64,000 nt of DNA, from the NCBI RefSeq assembly GCF_006345805.1, contig NC_043005.1, positions 68,820,001 through 68,884,000 of the forward strand, given 5' to 3'. Shown in pieces: positions 12,486-27,495 of the stretch. How positions within the stretch are numbered: position 1 is the first letter of the stretch; every line of letters begins with the position of its first letter. The position numbers were made by a program, and so were the translations under genes. Under the pieces are notes generated by a model. The model saw only the letters and a program-made list of their open reading frames with translations. It did no database searches and was not told where the DNA came from. The stretch is from Octopus sinensis. Its lineage: Eukaryota.

Positions 12486-15400
12486 CCTCTACTTCATCAT
12501 AGAGATATCTGAAATCATGCTATTCAGTACGAATTTAGGGTGATCAGATAGGACATTGATATAATTTAAAGATTTATCAGGCTTTGAATAAATGATTATA
12601 TGAACCAGCATAGGATACTGACGCATCAGACGCTCACTTCTAGCAGAAAAAATCCTGATTTTCCGTGTCTCCCAACTTTGTTAAATCGATTTTCTTTACG
12701 CTATAATGTGTTATATAAATATCTGGCCATGGTCCTGACTGGACGCTGCAGCCATGTTAGGATATATAATGGGTAAGATTCGATGTAAGCAATGCGACCT
12801 ATTCCACCCGAATTCCTTCGTAAAAAGGAACTGTATCTCCCTAGCTATCTATATATACCGTCTCAAGCTCTCAGAGCATACTTTATTCTGGTCTATAGAT
12901 TATGGTTCGACCACACACGGCGCTAACCTACGTGTTTGTAAAGGGCATAGCTAAGAATCGCCCTCAGTATTATGCCCAAAGGATTCATCTTACATAATAT
13001 ATTGCTTGGTGTAATCTTTTCTGGCAGATAAATTGTGTTTCACCATTGGTCGTTATGTAAAATCATTGTAATTTCTCTTCATTATGAATAAATTTGTCTG
13101 GACATTATGTAAATATCTAAATATAATTATAATTTGTCTTCGGAGCTAAAAGTCATTCTTCACAACGTAGTTTTCTTCAACTTCCGCTCCCTTACCACAA
13201 CGCTTATTTCTCCCATGCTTATTTGCCTAGACCTCTACCATACATATTTGCCTAGACTTTGTCATGACCTCTGACACCCTTAATGTTTCATTGTCTGTGA
13301 GCCACTAGTTTGATTGTCCTCGAAATAAGGCACTACATTTTCGGCAGGCATGCCTGTAACACTATTTTCTTTTTCTCTTATTTATATCATCTCTTGATGA
13401 GGCTTTCTTCTTTCTCTTATCTTGTCTCTTATCTACCCCTTCTATATTACAATGTGTACCTGCTTTCTCTCTCCCTTCGCTTTTGTAAATATTCTCCTGA
13501 AATGTGTAGTGGGATGCACTGCAATGAATTCATCTCGACAGGTCACCGGTTGCATATATAAGACATTATTCACATATCACCAGTAAATTTTGGTTATTAC
13601 ATAACTCTTGGTTGTACATATATGTATAAACCCTAACTGAATTTATTTACACAACTATCTGTATATATGTGGAAATTTCTATGTATGTAACTATGTTTGT
13701 ATTTATCTATCTATCTATCTACATGCATACATATACATACATACATACATACACACACGCACATATATATATCTTCTAATATCCGAAAGTTGATGAACAA
13801 ACTAAATTTTTTCCTCCATTTTATCATTTGTATTATATATATATATATGTATATACATATATATAATGTATATATATATATATCCCCACATAATTGTCAG
13901 AGAATGACAAATTCCGTATGTGTGCGCTGAAATACGAGATACTTACTGAATAAATTAGAAATACCGGATTTAATCATTGAAGCAAAATATAATTGCCCAC
14001 ATACAACAGTGATGTGTTATGAATACTACTTTAAAATAGACAGTTACGTAAAATTTGGTAAATTTACTGTTTCACAAAAAATATGACTAGACGGTAAGGG
14101 GATCAGATAAATAATTAACATGAAATAGTTGTAGTTTCACAGCCATATATTAAAACATGACCTTTAAAGTGTGAGATCGATAAAAAATTTAAAATTAGAT
14201 ATATTGTACTTGACTCTACATATATCTTGTCATGGCTTTACTTAATTGGTAACCGAATTCAATTGTTTAAATGAAGGCTAAATTATATAGCACTAACATG
14301 TAATGCCTTCAAGAATAAACAAAAAATAACCCATTTCTTAGAACCGTAAATATCTCTGTCTGCTATTGATATTCGAAGAAATATTTCATAAGCGACCAAC
14401 GCATTTACTTCTTGTATAAAATTGTCCATAATTCATTGATACTAACATATGAATTAATACTAATGGATTTTATATTAAATATATATAGACGCCAGTTGAC
14501 AAAATTGTTGTTGTTTGAGGAAAACACCTTGTGGTATGTTTAATGAACTTTATTCTGTATTCAAATGCAAAGGATATCAAATTTGTCTTTCGTTGTTTCC
14601 GATGGAAATGTGCTGCTGTCGAGCTAATAAACGGAGTTATTCTGATAATTTGCAATCAATTGGTGTGAATCCGTAAATACTATGTCCCATCCATGAATGG
14701 AGCTCTGATTACAGATGGAGTGACTACTTGATACACAACAATTTCACATGTATATTATCGATTTCAAACACTATAACACTATCGGCATAAAATCCACTCT
14801 ACCATGTTCACACTCCATAAATAGCGGACCCAGGCAGGTATGTGATATGACAAAAGTAGAAAAAAAAAGGATTATTGGATTTTGGCAGCATGTTGTAGAG
14901 TATCTTTCTGTTGAGTCTAACAAGATATAAAAGCTACCAAGTTGCCAGTGATATTTCTAATTTAACCGGCAGTATGTATCTCTTTATCACACATATGCAA
15001 GGAAATTTGTCAATGTCAATTTACTTTTTTCCTCAAATGTATGTAACTAATTTATACCTGTATTTTTTAAAGCTGAATTCATACTTAAATGACACTTAAA
15101 CGTCTACTCGTGAACTCATTATAGGCTAGCGTTACATTTCACATTACTTGTAATAAAATAAATAATAGTGCGTATATACGTTCATCGTATTCAACTACAT
15201 ATTTCTGTAACATTTTGTGACCTTGTGAGAATTTGGAAGACAGGGTATAACAATATTTCTTGAACGACACTTCATTCGCTGATCTACATGTTGAAAGATA
15301 GATATTTCATCACTTTCTATTATCAGAAATACCAGCATTCTTTATTGCTCCCTAGAATATGTATCTCATTTTTCATTACTCCCACATGAAAGAGAGTTCC

Positions 15401-16919
15401 GAAATATAATATAACAAACAGATTTTTCAGTGGACAGCGTTATAAATACCTGTTTGTTTGAGAATTCCCATGAGAGCTTAATTTCAGCAAACTGATCTCG
15501 ACATTTGTGATCTGAATTTTTCACAAGTATACAGTGATGTGTATGTTGCACCCTCCACTCAGCTAATAATTCGATATATCTCTATATATCTACAATGTTC
15601 TCAGTTCATAGTCAACGTGAAAATTCATATAAAAGGGCGGATAGAGATTTTATGCAAAAATGAATCCTGTGTTATACAGATGTCATAAAATGCGCTTAAA
15701 TGATATATCATCGGTCTCTAATGGAATATTAGATTACAGTGACACTGGCACGCATATAAAAGAAGAAAATATTAACTGATGTGTAGTTACATAGCGTTAA
15801 ATGTATATAAGTGTACGTATATCTAAAACCATATTTGTCTATGGAACGTTGCGATGAACCGTGTAGGTATGCGTGAAAACATAGAATAATTATTGTAAAA
15901 TAGATATAATTTGCCTATTGACGCAATACGAACATTATGAATTGATTCATAAATACATTTAATGTAAGTAAATAGTCTCAAGAGCATAACATATTTATTG
16001 GCTTTCTATAAAGATCATCATTCTGTCTAGAGAAAACGAAGCTCTCAATTTTCTTAAGGTATGTCATTATACATATATAATTTAATCAAACTCAAATCGT
16101 TCTACGTATTTTAAATGTCTTTACGATTATACATTATATCACTCCCCGTTAGATTTAATTAATGATAAAATTTAAAATACTCTATGGAAAAATGTCCGTG
16201 ACACTATATAACACATCAAACATTACCATTTTAAGCTTTAACTATTTACTTGATGTAACAAATAAATACTACCACTCTTTCCGCAATAACCCTGCTTTCA
16301 ACGCCAATTCAGGCAAAAGTTCGAAGTGAAGATTTACATCATATTTGTGACACTTCCTCAGTGCCATCATAATCTTTACACCAATGTGCCCTCTTACGTT
16401 TTGCGTCTGTCAGACCTTTTGCTTTGCTTATATTGGGAGGATACAAAAAGTGAAGATGAAAATGTAAGTAGACCGCGATTAGTGTCAATACCAATGTAAA
16501 TACATGTATGAACGGAGGAAGAATAAGCAGTAAAAGAGCAAAACACAGAGTCTGTCACACATACAATATAAGAGAGCCTCATGGATGCAAGCCTGAAGAA
16601 GTGTCACTCTAATGTTTAAAACCGCAAATAATATATAAACTTTCAATTGAAACGTTCGCGTGAATTACCATTGAAATCACAGTCGGTACATAAAGATTGT
16701 AAGAGATAATTACATATATGTTAATGTATGTCGTTGGTTTCTTATTCGGATTGTATTTCACTATTTGCAGAAGCACACAGTGGTTTACCGTTGTGTAACC
16801 ACGATTTTCTACACTTGCTTGAATAATATCTTAATATTTATATCAATCCGACAGAATAGACAGCTTAAAGCTCAGGTTGAGTGCTGCACTGGAAATATTC
16901 TACCTTTCTACCTTATATA

Positions 16920-16991
<72 letters not shown>

Positions 16992-17208
16992 AAAATATTT
17001 TTTTTCTCCTCTCCTTGTGCTGTATGAACATCTAATGTGGTTTTATAGTCAGATTTTGGCTACTATTTTCAGCATGGCGGTATCTCGTAGATTCCCTAAA
17101 TTAAAATTTTAATAATAATTATTACCTTTGAAGGTTTTTGTTTCCATGCTGGCCACTGATAAGATCGTTATTTAATTTAAATTAGCGATCTTGTCCTTAT
17201 ATATATAT

Positions 17209-17347
17209 ATTAATTTATTATATAGAAGGAGCTTCTACAGGACTAGAACTGTTTCATTCAAGAGAAATCTTCAGGAGCTTCCTGAAGATTTCTCTTGAAT
17301 GAAACAGTTCTAGTCCTGTAGAAGCTCCTTCTATATAATAAATTAAT
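17209..17347. repeat. Perfect palindrome, 68-bp arms with 3-nt spacer (inverted pLTR-like)
   Basis: 17209-17276 is the reverse complement of 17280-17347; the spacer is GCT. Part of a ~190-bp insert between (TA)n tracts. Confidence 0.95.
17273..17329 (+). ncRNA. Type I hammerhead ribozyme
   Basis: Stem I AGGAGCTTC/GAAGCTCCT (9 bp), core CTGAAGA, stem II TTC-tctt-GAA, GAAA, stem III ACAG-ttctagtc-CTGT, cleavage triplet GUA. Confidence 0.85.
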
Positions 17348-17399
17348 TTTACTCTACTATGTATGAGTACCTTATTTACTTGTTTAACCCCGATAGGTA

Positions 17400-17443
<44 letters not shown>

Positions 17444-19863
17444 CATAGTCTTTCGGCGTGTTATAAACTTTTCCTGCAAATCATTCAAATACCAGTTTTG
17501 GATTCTTGTTTACTCCTAGTTATAACCGTTCGGTCTTATGTTAAACACGCACATATACCTAATCTGAAGATATTCCATACTGAGACATTATGAAATATTA
17601 AGACATTCAATATGAAATATATCATCAATAATATAATTACGAAGCAGATTATTTCGCTTTAGAATCTGTCGTTACGAATATCGACTTAATGTTAGAAATT
17701 GGCAACTACAATAACGATTGTTATTAGAAAGCTCAACTGAAGAAATAGGAGGCAAATAATTGATTCGATTATTTTGGCAACGTGCTAGAAATATATATTG
17801 TAACTATTTGAAATTAACTGATGTTTATGCTTTTAGGTATATAGTGAATTACTAAATGTCTTACGGGAATTATCCTAAGTGAAGTGAATTTTGGAATTTT
17901 GCATCTTATTTAGCGTAAAGAACTGCAAAACTGCTAGATTTCCTAGCGACCAGGAAGAAATGCTAGACACTTTCAAGAATTAATTTCCCAGAAAATTAAA
18001 TTTTCTTGGCTTATAGAAAATTCGATCTTCGTTACGAGTCGAGAAGCCACTAAGGATATGCTGCAGTCTTCTTACATTTCATCAGGGAAACAAAATGTTT
18101 GACGTCTGGTGTTACTTTTACTCTTCAAAGATCCATTTCTCATGTTACATTACTATCTACGTTAAAAGAAAAGAACGTAACAACTTTCCCTTAATCTAAT
18201 AAAAACTATAATGATTTTAGTGAGAAAATCTTACTTAATATATTATTTGTATGATGTTACGTTGAGCATTACAGAAGAGATGTCAACCCTTGGCAAACAA
18301 TAAAAGGAAAGAAAATAAACAGAAATCTCAGTATATATCTATCAAAGTCCGATAGGGCAACTATAAAATTGAGAATTTTAAGTACACATAAAGATACGTT
18401 AAACATATTTTGAATGTGATTTTGCTCTAAACTTGGCGTCAGAAACCGAAAGGGAATTTTGAGTAGAATATATATCATATCAAATTAAATTAACGTACTT
18501 CCTCTCATGTAATGATTATAAGAAACGCATACATTACTTTCATTGTAGTACATAAGTTCCCCAGTGAACGCTTGTATACAAAAGGTTAAAACATAACAAA
18601 TCGAATCAAAATATAGACCGGTTTGTTTGCAAAACTAAACTGGAAAATGCAACTCTACAATGTTGTTGCCTATTAAAATATTTGACGCTATCTTCTTTGG
18701 ACTATCGATTCGACTTGGTTATTGGAGAGTTCTCAAATAGATCAATTAATCAATGACGAAATCAACCATCTCTTATAAAAGTGTCTGTATCAATAATGTA
18801 ATTTGTTTGGAGTGCTGGTCTCATGCACATAAACACACGCATGCTCTAACACCCACAGACGCCCTCACAGACACCGTCAAACTTTTACAAACACAGCGTT
18901 CATTGTTATCAGATGTATTGGCATAACACATTATTATTAAACTGCTCAGTGTTATCTGCCAAACAAGGTGATCATGATAGAAACAGCAGGCAATTTCCCA
19001 AAAGTGAGACCCTTAGTCTTTTAACAAAGATTAAATATTGGCTTATGTAATGATGCATAGTGCATTCACTGAAACACGTAGTGAACAATATAATCTTCGA
19101 GAAGAAGGGGTTGGTCACACCAGGGATTTCTTTGGAAAATATTTCCTTTTGTTGGATGCTGAACTGTAGAACATGCGCAGTATATTTAATGCATGACAAA
19201 ATCTCTACCAACATTTCCTCGTCGGATTTAAAATATATAATGTTACAGTGTTAGGTGAAGATATTAGATTGTACTATGAGACAATTCCTGGTAACTGCTC
19301 CAGATCTGTGCGTTCTGAGTTCATAGTAACACACCACATGATGTAACAATCCTGCTTGGTTCCTGGTTGCATTTAACGTTAGTGATGTTTGCAAACACTT
19401 GACTAAAGTCAACATTTGAGGACAATCTCTTACGGAGGTCCTACAGAAAACGGCAAAAGAAGAGCTAAGATTTTCTCTGAAATAAAAATAAATGGACAAA
19501 CAATAGTGTTATAATACTGGCAGTTCAAAACCTGAATGACTGAGGCGGTCGCTCAGGTATAAGAATATCCTACTGAAACACGGGTCCCAATCTTTCTTTG
19601 TGTCTCTTCTTAGAAATCATTTTGTATAGTTTTATCCCAGAGATCACCATTCCATCTTATTTGTAGTTTTTGTTCCAGTTGCCACTAAGCAAATGTGCCG
19701 TGCTTTCTTCTCTAGAATTGTAAAGAATTTCAATAAATCAAAATTTTATCTTGCATGGCTTTTAATATAAATATATTCGTCTCTGTACTTCAAATATTAT
19801 ACCATTTGCCGATTTCGGCTAAATATCTAAGCCAATTTTCGTTTTATTTATATGTAGAGAGTA

Positions 19864-20282
19864 AGGCGGCGAGCTGGCAGAAATGTTAGCACGTCGGGCG
19901 AAATGCTTAGCGGTATGTCGTCTGCCGTTATGTTCTGAGTTCAAATTCCGCCGGGGTCGACTGTGCCTTTCATCATTTCAGAGTCGATAAATAAGTACCA
20001 GTTACGCACTGCGGTCGATGTAATCGACTTAATCCCTTTGCCTGTCTCTGTTTGTCCCCCCCTGTGTTTTGTCCTTTGTGAGCAATAAAGAAATAAGAAA
20101 CTTTATCACGTTAGAACTGCTTAGCCGTATTTCGTCTGTCTTTATGTTCTGAGTTCAAATTCTGCCGAGGTCGATTTTTGTCTTTCATCCTTTCGGGACC
20201 GATAAATTAAGTACCAGTTCCGTACTGGCGTTGATCTAATCGACTGCCCCCGCTCCACTAAAATGTCGGGCTATGTTTCTCG
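19864..20282 (+). mobile_element. SINE family A, head-to-tail dimer
   Basis: A-box-like GAGCTGGCAGAA, B-box GAGTTCAAATTCC and core GCCTTTCATC...GTCGATAAATAAGTACCAG. The body repeats from ~20100. Confidence 0.9.
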
Positions 20283-23149
20283 CCTACATAACATATATAC
20301 GTAGAGAGCAGAAAAAACATTTTGTATGGTATAATATATGTGTGCGTGTGTATGTGTGTGTGTATGCGTGTATGTATGCATAAATGTATAATATACTTAT
20401 ACAGATGTATAAATATATATATTTATGTATAGGTAAATATAACATATATGCATGTATGCATATATGTGTGGGTATGTGTATGAGTGTACTAGAATGCAAG
20501 TGGATGCGTATGAAAACATACATTATTCATCCAGTTCTTTTATCTAATATTAAAATCCGTTACGCTCGGTTATTGATAAAGCAATAGAGTTAATATGGTA
20601 ATTGCTCAGCCTGATCGCATGGACATACATTATCTAGAAGAATACATAAGTCGTGTGAGAGAATTAAAAAGCTCCGATTTCTTATAAAGGTGTATGTGAC
20701 AATGCCTTTAATGTGACATCAATGCTTTTAATTTGATTTACACACTGAATTGCTAGTGACACTAAAGACGCCTTTAGCGAATTGTTTGGCATTAATTTGA
20801 TATGAATTCAGAAAATCATATTTAGTAGCACGCATCAGAGATATTATTGTTTTTGTTTAGACACAGTCCAGTTTCTATTGATCATATCAAATGCATTTGA
20901 GCCGTGACCGTCCTGTTGTTTATTAAGTTTCAAATGTAGCGAAATCAAAGTATGTATATACTGAATTGAAAATTGCTACTTGACATTCTGTTGTTTATTA
21001 TTGATGATATATTAGTGAACAAGGTTTCATATGTCCAAGGAAAACTTTTGTAGTGTCATTAGTTTAGGTGGAAGTGTAGTATAAAAATATAGAAATAATT
21101 ATGTTTTGATCACTTCAATAAAAAAATCATTGTATCAGATGTCAATTACGATCGTGAAAATGAGATTCCCAAAGCTATTTCAATTCCGTCTCAATTCAGA
21201 AGTGCAACAGAGTGTAAACTATCTAATTTGTTATTATGTTAAGCTCATGTACTGTTTTCCTCAGGTGATTTACCTACCAGGTACTACTGGCTGCATTTCT
21301 TTCCCAAAATGTTCTGATTAAATGCATTCTAGAATGAGGCTTTATCATGACATTTGAAAGATCTGCTGTATAATACGGCGACGGATTTCTTTTATACAAC
21401 GCATTTGTTAGTAGAAGCGGTTGTCCGACCTGCACCCCATATGTTATGCATACTGCCTTTTGTTTGATACACTTTATATGACGTATTTCTAATTACCATG
21501 ATTTGTTAAATTTTGGTATACGAAGCAAGTTTCGAGTGCACAAATGAAATCTATAAAATCCCTGTTGTTTTATGGATAATTTGTATTTTCTAAGTATTCA
21601 ACATGATATTAAGAGCTTACAGTATATTCTGATAGTTGTTGTTTCTTTCATCTCTCTTTGCTATTTAGTTGTAAGTATGCCCTCCAGATTTCATATTTCG
21701 TGCTGGGTAACGATTACCAGACACAAATATTGTCGATATTTCCTATATGATTTTCCGGAGCGGTAGCGTTTCTCTATACAATTTATAACGCTTGTTTCTC
21801 TGTAAAATCTCGATTTGATTAGAAAAATACAATGAAATGTCAATGATTGATGATGGCCATATATTCTGTTGTAATTATAAAAACACGTCTTTTATCGATA
21901 AACTAATGGGGATTTCACAGTATGTTTATATACATATTAGGCTGTCAGCTTTCGTTATTTACACTTAAGAGTGAAAACCCTATCTTATATATAAGGAATC
22001 AGTAATCCTCCTAAGATTAAAATACTTCGCTGACATCAAATATACCAAGTATGCTTTGTATGTATACTTTTAATAAATTGATGTTTTCGTGTATCTGAAT
22101 CAAAAATTATTTTCTGAGTTGTTTTTAAGCTGTGAGGACAATCATCCGAGAGAACGCAATCAGTTTCGTGCGTTATGCGAACAATAAATGAATGACATTG
22201 GAATTAATGTAGGTGAAATGAAGAAAATAATATCGAGATCCCACTGGAAATACAAGTAACTTTTGCTCTACTCGGCGATGTGAAATTCCCTGCTAAATGC
22301 ATTGAGTTACTGTTTGTTGTCGTAAAATGTAACATTTTTCTTAATGTTCCTTCTCTTATACACATGCTTATATAAATGAGAAGACGTTTACTTCTGTCTT
22401 TCATGAAGAATCAGTAAAATTTCAAAGGATTTGTATCATAAATAATACTCAACAATATACTAGCAAATATATCAGAAGAACCTCTCTATCGATAGAGAAA
22501 ATGCGATCACACTGAAAGGAAAATCGATTATATGTTTGTAAGTATACTACGTCATAAGTTGTGCCATATCATCAATGTATGTAAAAAGGATTTCAAACGC
22601 TTTATCTTTGATATATAAGTATCCTTTCTAAGAACCAGCAATAACGCAAAATCTAACTTAGTTTACATAGCAGTCCATGGGTAGAATTATTTAGACCATA
22701 GTTAATAAACCGCCACGGAAACAAAGAAGGAGCAAAACATAGAACAGTTCTAGAAATAAGAAGGAAGTTTAACGGGTTTGCAAAATATATTCGGTTTTGC
22801 AATTGAGACGCAAAATTTATGGCTCTGACTACACACAAAAGAAAAAAAATGAATATAAATTAAATACCCGAACAGTTTTTTCTGTTAGGTGTCTGAAAAA
22901 ATGTTTCTTAATAATTTCATCGAAAATAAGGCACCATTTACGTACTAATGTAGGTCTATAATTTGTTTATAATGTAATGTTCAGCTCCTCGTGTTGTTAT
23001 ATCTTTCAAATTCTTTTACTTCATTCAAGAACAGGAATCTTATAGTTTATTAATTTCTCGTCCCCAACCAATACGTCAAGTCATTAATTTTCACAAAGTG
23101 CAAAGCAAGTTATTTGTTATCGAGACATTTTCAAGGGAAACATTTCTTT

Positions 23150-24170
23150 CTTTCAAAGTACGAAACTCGCATCTCCTTCAAAAGAGAATCTTTTGGTTTC
23201 GCGACCCTTGTTGTAGCGCCCCGGCCACTTTGTGAAGGCTTCACAGAAATACTCTAAAATAAATGTACCAGTTCACAGCTTCTATAGCTTCTCAAAACGA
23301 TTGCCTCTGTGGTTCTCCTTCAGCTTGGGCAACAACCAAAATTCACCCGTGACATGATATGGACTGAAAGGATGGTTAAGAACAGTTCTGATGCCCATCT
23401 CTGTCACGTTTTCGTATACTAGGATGGAATTGTAAACATTTGCATTGCCTGATGCAGGTGCTCTGGACTTTTGCTTCGAGGTCTCTTCTTGAATTTCCCC
23501 CACACCACCACGAATTTCAATTAGTTGACAATCTGGCCAGAAGAAAGTAAGTGGATGTACACAAAAAAGAGAATCATCATGAACGTAGCGGTGGAGTTAC
23601 TTTGCCAGGCTCTTTTTGGTGCGTGGGAGCTAGGGTGCCCCCACTGTGTAGCATGGCTTTTGGTCTCTGGATCATAAAAAACTTGTTCCAGGTTTCGTCT
23701 TATATTACCAGAGATTCTTGGATTGCAGGTAATGAGCCTAGCCATCTCTCTACTACCACCAACTCGTTTTTCATTTTGTTTGCTATCAGCGACATGGGAA
23801 GAAACTTTGAACAAATGATTTGCATGTTCAGATCTTGAATTATTCCGCGTACAAATACTACATGAATTTCCAAAGTAGTCTTTATAGACACATTTCCATG
23901 TTGTCTTTATACAATGTTACGATATTCATTCAGGAAATATAATTTTTCTCAACCAGCTCTGATATTCGAATGTGCTACTCTCTCATTCAAGTTAGTCTAT
24001 AAGCAGTCTGGACTATTTCATAAGAATTTCTATAGCGCTTTGCGCAGTTTAACACCAAACTTTAACTTCCAGATTGTTTTTACGTTCAGACAGCATTTGG
24101 CACAATAATTAGCTGTGACAAGCACTAGTGTTGAAAGAGCAGTTACTGCTGTCTATTTCAATTTCAAATA
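23150..24170 (-). mobile_element. Mariner transposon relic
   Basis: YDPETKSHATQW (cf. YDPETKxQSxQW) and HPFSPYHVTGEFWLLPKLKENHRGNRF (cf. HPPYSPDLAPCDFWLFPKLK). Multiple frameshifts. Confidence 0.85.
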
Positions 24171-24338
24171 AAATGTTGGCAGGGCAGCTTATTAGATGTA
24201 TAATAACGATATACGAAACAGACAATAATCTGGGACAATTATAAATGCCTTTCCCGAAATCTCAGTGATGCACCTAGCACATAATTCTAATAGAGCAGCG
24301 GAAACAATGAACTGTGATTCACTATTGCGGTACGCATT

Positions 24339-24403
<65 letters not shown>

Positions 24404-24578
24404 ATTATGCATATCCCCGCAAATGTTTCAAATGGCAATATGCAACTGATACATTTGTAAATCCCCTAATCTAATGACTAGGGAATTCTTTTCGATCTGA
24501 GGATGGAGCGGCAGATGAAATACCGCTAACCATATACATACATACATACATACATACATACAAACATACATACATACA

Positions 24579-24610
<32 letters not shown>

Positions 24611-25399
24611 CAGAGACACATTTGCTGTCATGCCTTTTAGTAGGTTGTCTCGTGTCATGAATTTCGGTCTGATACATTTAGGCAAAAGAAATATTTTGAT
24701 TGAAGACACTTAACAGAAACATTTGTAAAAGTTTTAGATGAATCGTTGCTAGGAATGAGGAACCAAGTCATATGATCGGATGTAAAAAAAATAGCAAATG
24801 TCTAACCATATCATTTCCCTGTAACGTACGTCCACATGTTTACAAGAATTAAAAAAAAAACGAAGAATATTGATGAATATATTTAGTAATGCACAACATC
24901 TCCATATGCAGAGAGGAGAGCTTTCAGCATAAATTCTTCGTTTTACACTCCTTTTAGAAATGTATTCATGGATTGAATATCAAATCTGAATAACCTAAAT
25001 AAATCAATAACGCGATATCAGTTAGATCATTAGCCTCATTTGGTTCAGTTTTCGTAATCAGTACTTTATATCAATTTTTCATCATCACGTTTGACATTAA
25101 CATTGCGCAGTAACAGAGATTGTTATGTACGCCAAATTAGCAAAGATATTAATGACTTTAGTGATGTGAAAGTGCACCAACATTTGTGAACTTATTAATA
25201 ATTGGGAGAATACACCACAAAATGTAATGACACTCAACCATGTTTGAATTATATATTCTTGCAGAATACCACAACCAAACGCACACATGTAAACTCATAT
25301 ACACACATTATGCGTAGATGTATACACACGAGTGTGTATATATATATATATGTGTGTGTGTGTGTGCGTGTATGCGCACGCACACATACATATATATTT

Positions 25400-25627
25400 A
25401 TTTTTTGGCCCACAGGGGGCATAACATAGAGTGGAGAAAGAAGGACCGACAAAGGAATTGAGTCGATTATATCGAACCCACTGCGTAACTGGTACTTATT
25501 TAATCGACACCGAAACGATGAAAGGCAAAGTCGACTTCGGCGGAATTTGAACTCTGAAAGTAACGGCAGACGAAATACTGATAAGCATTTCGCACGGCGT
25601 GCTAATGATTCGGCCAGCTTGCCGCCC
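25400..25627 (-). mobile_element. SINE family A
   Basis: GATGAAAGGCAAAGTCGAC.TCGGCGGAATTTGAACTC...GCCAGCTTGCCGCC. Confidence 0.9.
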
Positions 25628-26171
25628 TATTATACACATACGTATATGATGGATTCTCCCGTCGAAGACGACGAATAAATGTTCAGCTTTTGCCACTCGA
25701 CCTGCAAAAATGATTTGTGTATAGTGATTAAATGCTCATGCGGCACATTAGACCATTCTCTTAATCAATTCGCTGTTATCGGAACTCGTGCACTTTGTAC
25801 CAAGGGTAAGGTGTCGAAGAGGTCGCAGAGTAACGTGAGATGGAGCCTTTTGCTCAGAGCACAAAGCACTAACCGGATAATATTAAAATGTTTCAAAACA
25901 GATATGAGGTGGGCATGAGACTATATCTGTATAGAGGGATCTTAATTATTGTATTCGGAGGGTAAGAAATCCGTAGATAATTATTATATATAATTATTTA
26001 TTGTTAGCATGTCACAGTTACAATAGTCCTTTATTAGAACTATTTTGTCTTCCAGTTCTCAATAGAATTTACGAAATACAATGCATTTCTAAATAGTTTG
26101 ACCAAGAAGAAACTATTCGTAAATACTTCGCAAGCCGATACTCTTCACGAGGATGCAGCATAATTCATCTC

Positions 26172-26578
26172 GCGAGCTGGCAGAAAGTTAGCAGGCCAGG
26201 TGATATACTTAGCGGTATTTCGTCTGTCTTTACATTCTGAATTCTAATTCCACCGAGGTCGACTTTGCCTTACATACTTTCGGAGTCGAATAAATAATTA
26301 CCAGTTACGCACTGGGGTCGATATAATCGACTTAATCCGTTTGTCTGCCCTTGTTTGTCCTCTCTGTGTTTCGCCCCTTCTGGGTAGTAAAGAAGTAGGT
26401 ATTTCGTCTGCCGGCGCCTTTTGAGTTCAACTTCCGCCCACGTCGACTTTGCCTTTCATCCTTTCGGGGTCGATTAAATAAGTACCAGTTAATCACCGGG
26501 GTCGATGTAATCGACTTAATCCCGTTGTCTGTACTTGTTTGTCCCCTTTATGTTTAATCTCTTGTGGGAAATGAAGAA
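26172..26578 (+). mobile_element. SINE family A, dimer
   Basis: Two consecutive bodies joined at ~26400 (GTATTTCGTCTG). Confidence 0.9.
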
Positions 26579-27273
26579 AAAAATATATATAAAATAAGCC
26601 TGAATTTAGAATTCAACAATGAGCGCGTAGCCCAATAAACTGATTCAGGATAAATAGAGGCATTACTTTAGGCGCCCCAGAGATTACACTAAATTAAGTC
26701 CTCTGCTCCCAACCTGTATGCGAATACTATCTTTTCCGCTCAACATGCAGAACATATCTCTACCGATTGTTTCGAGCACATAACTAGATCTACTTTAGCA
26801 TAAAGATCTTGGATCACATTTTGATTAGATGGCTATGACGAGAGTTATCTCCATGACACAAACGTTTTAAAAGAAACGCAGCTGCTCTTTACATAAAAAC
26901 GAGATAAGTGTGACAATTTCGTAACAAAACAAAATTACATACCGAATGATACGTGTTAAATATTATTTAGACTCCGAGTATAATTTATAATATATTATTT
27001 TCAATGATCTATTAGTTCCCGATTGGTGTACAAATATGAATTATATTCATTTTAAGGAATGGGGGAACGTTATTAAGGAGCAGAGTGCAGTTATATATTA
27101 TTCGTGCAACAATCTTATTAGATTTCACCAATTTCCTATGATAATGGTTTTCAATGTGAAGTTCATTATAATCTATGATGGTGATATCTTAATTTTATAT
27201 CCCGTGAATTACGTTTGAGAAGAATGACGGCATTTTTGAAGGAGAATAGATTATATATATTTATACAGGTATC

Positions 27274-27354
<81 letters not shown>

Positions 27355-27440
27355 CATATATATCCATGTACATGAATGTGTGTATATATAAATATATATG
27401 CGTGTGTGAGTGTGTGTGTCTGTGCGTATGATTATATGTA

Positions 27441-27495
<55 letters not shown>

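Noticed and set aside
19251-19499. ORF with acceptor-like sites
   Set aside because: No recognisable domain and no convincing donor.
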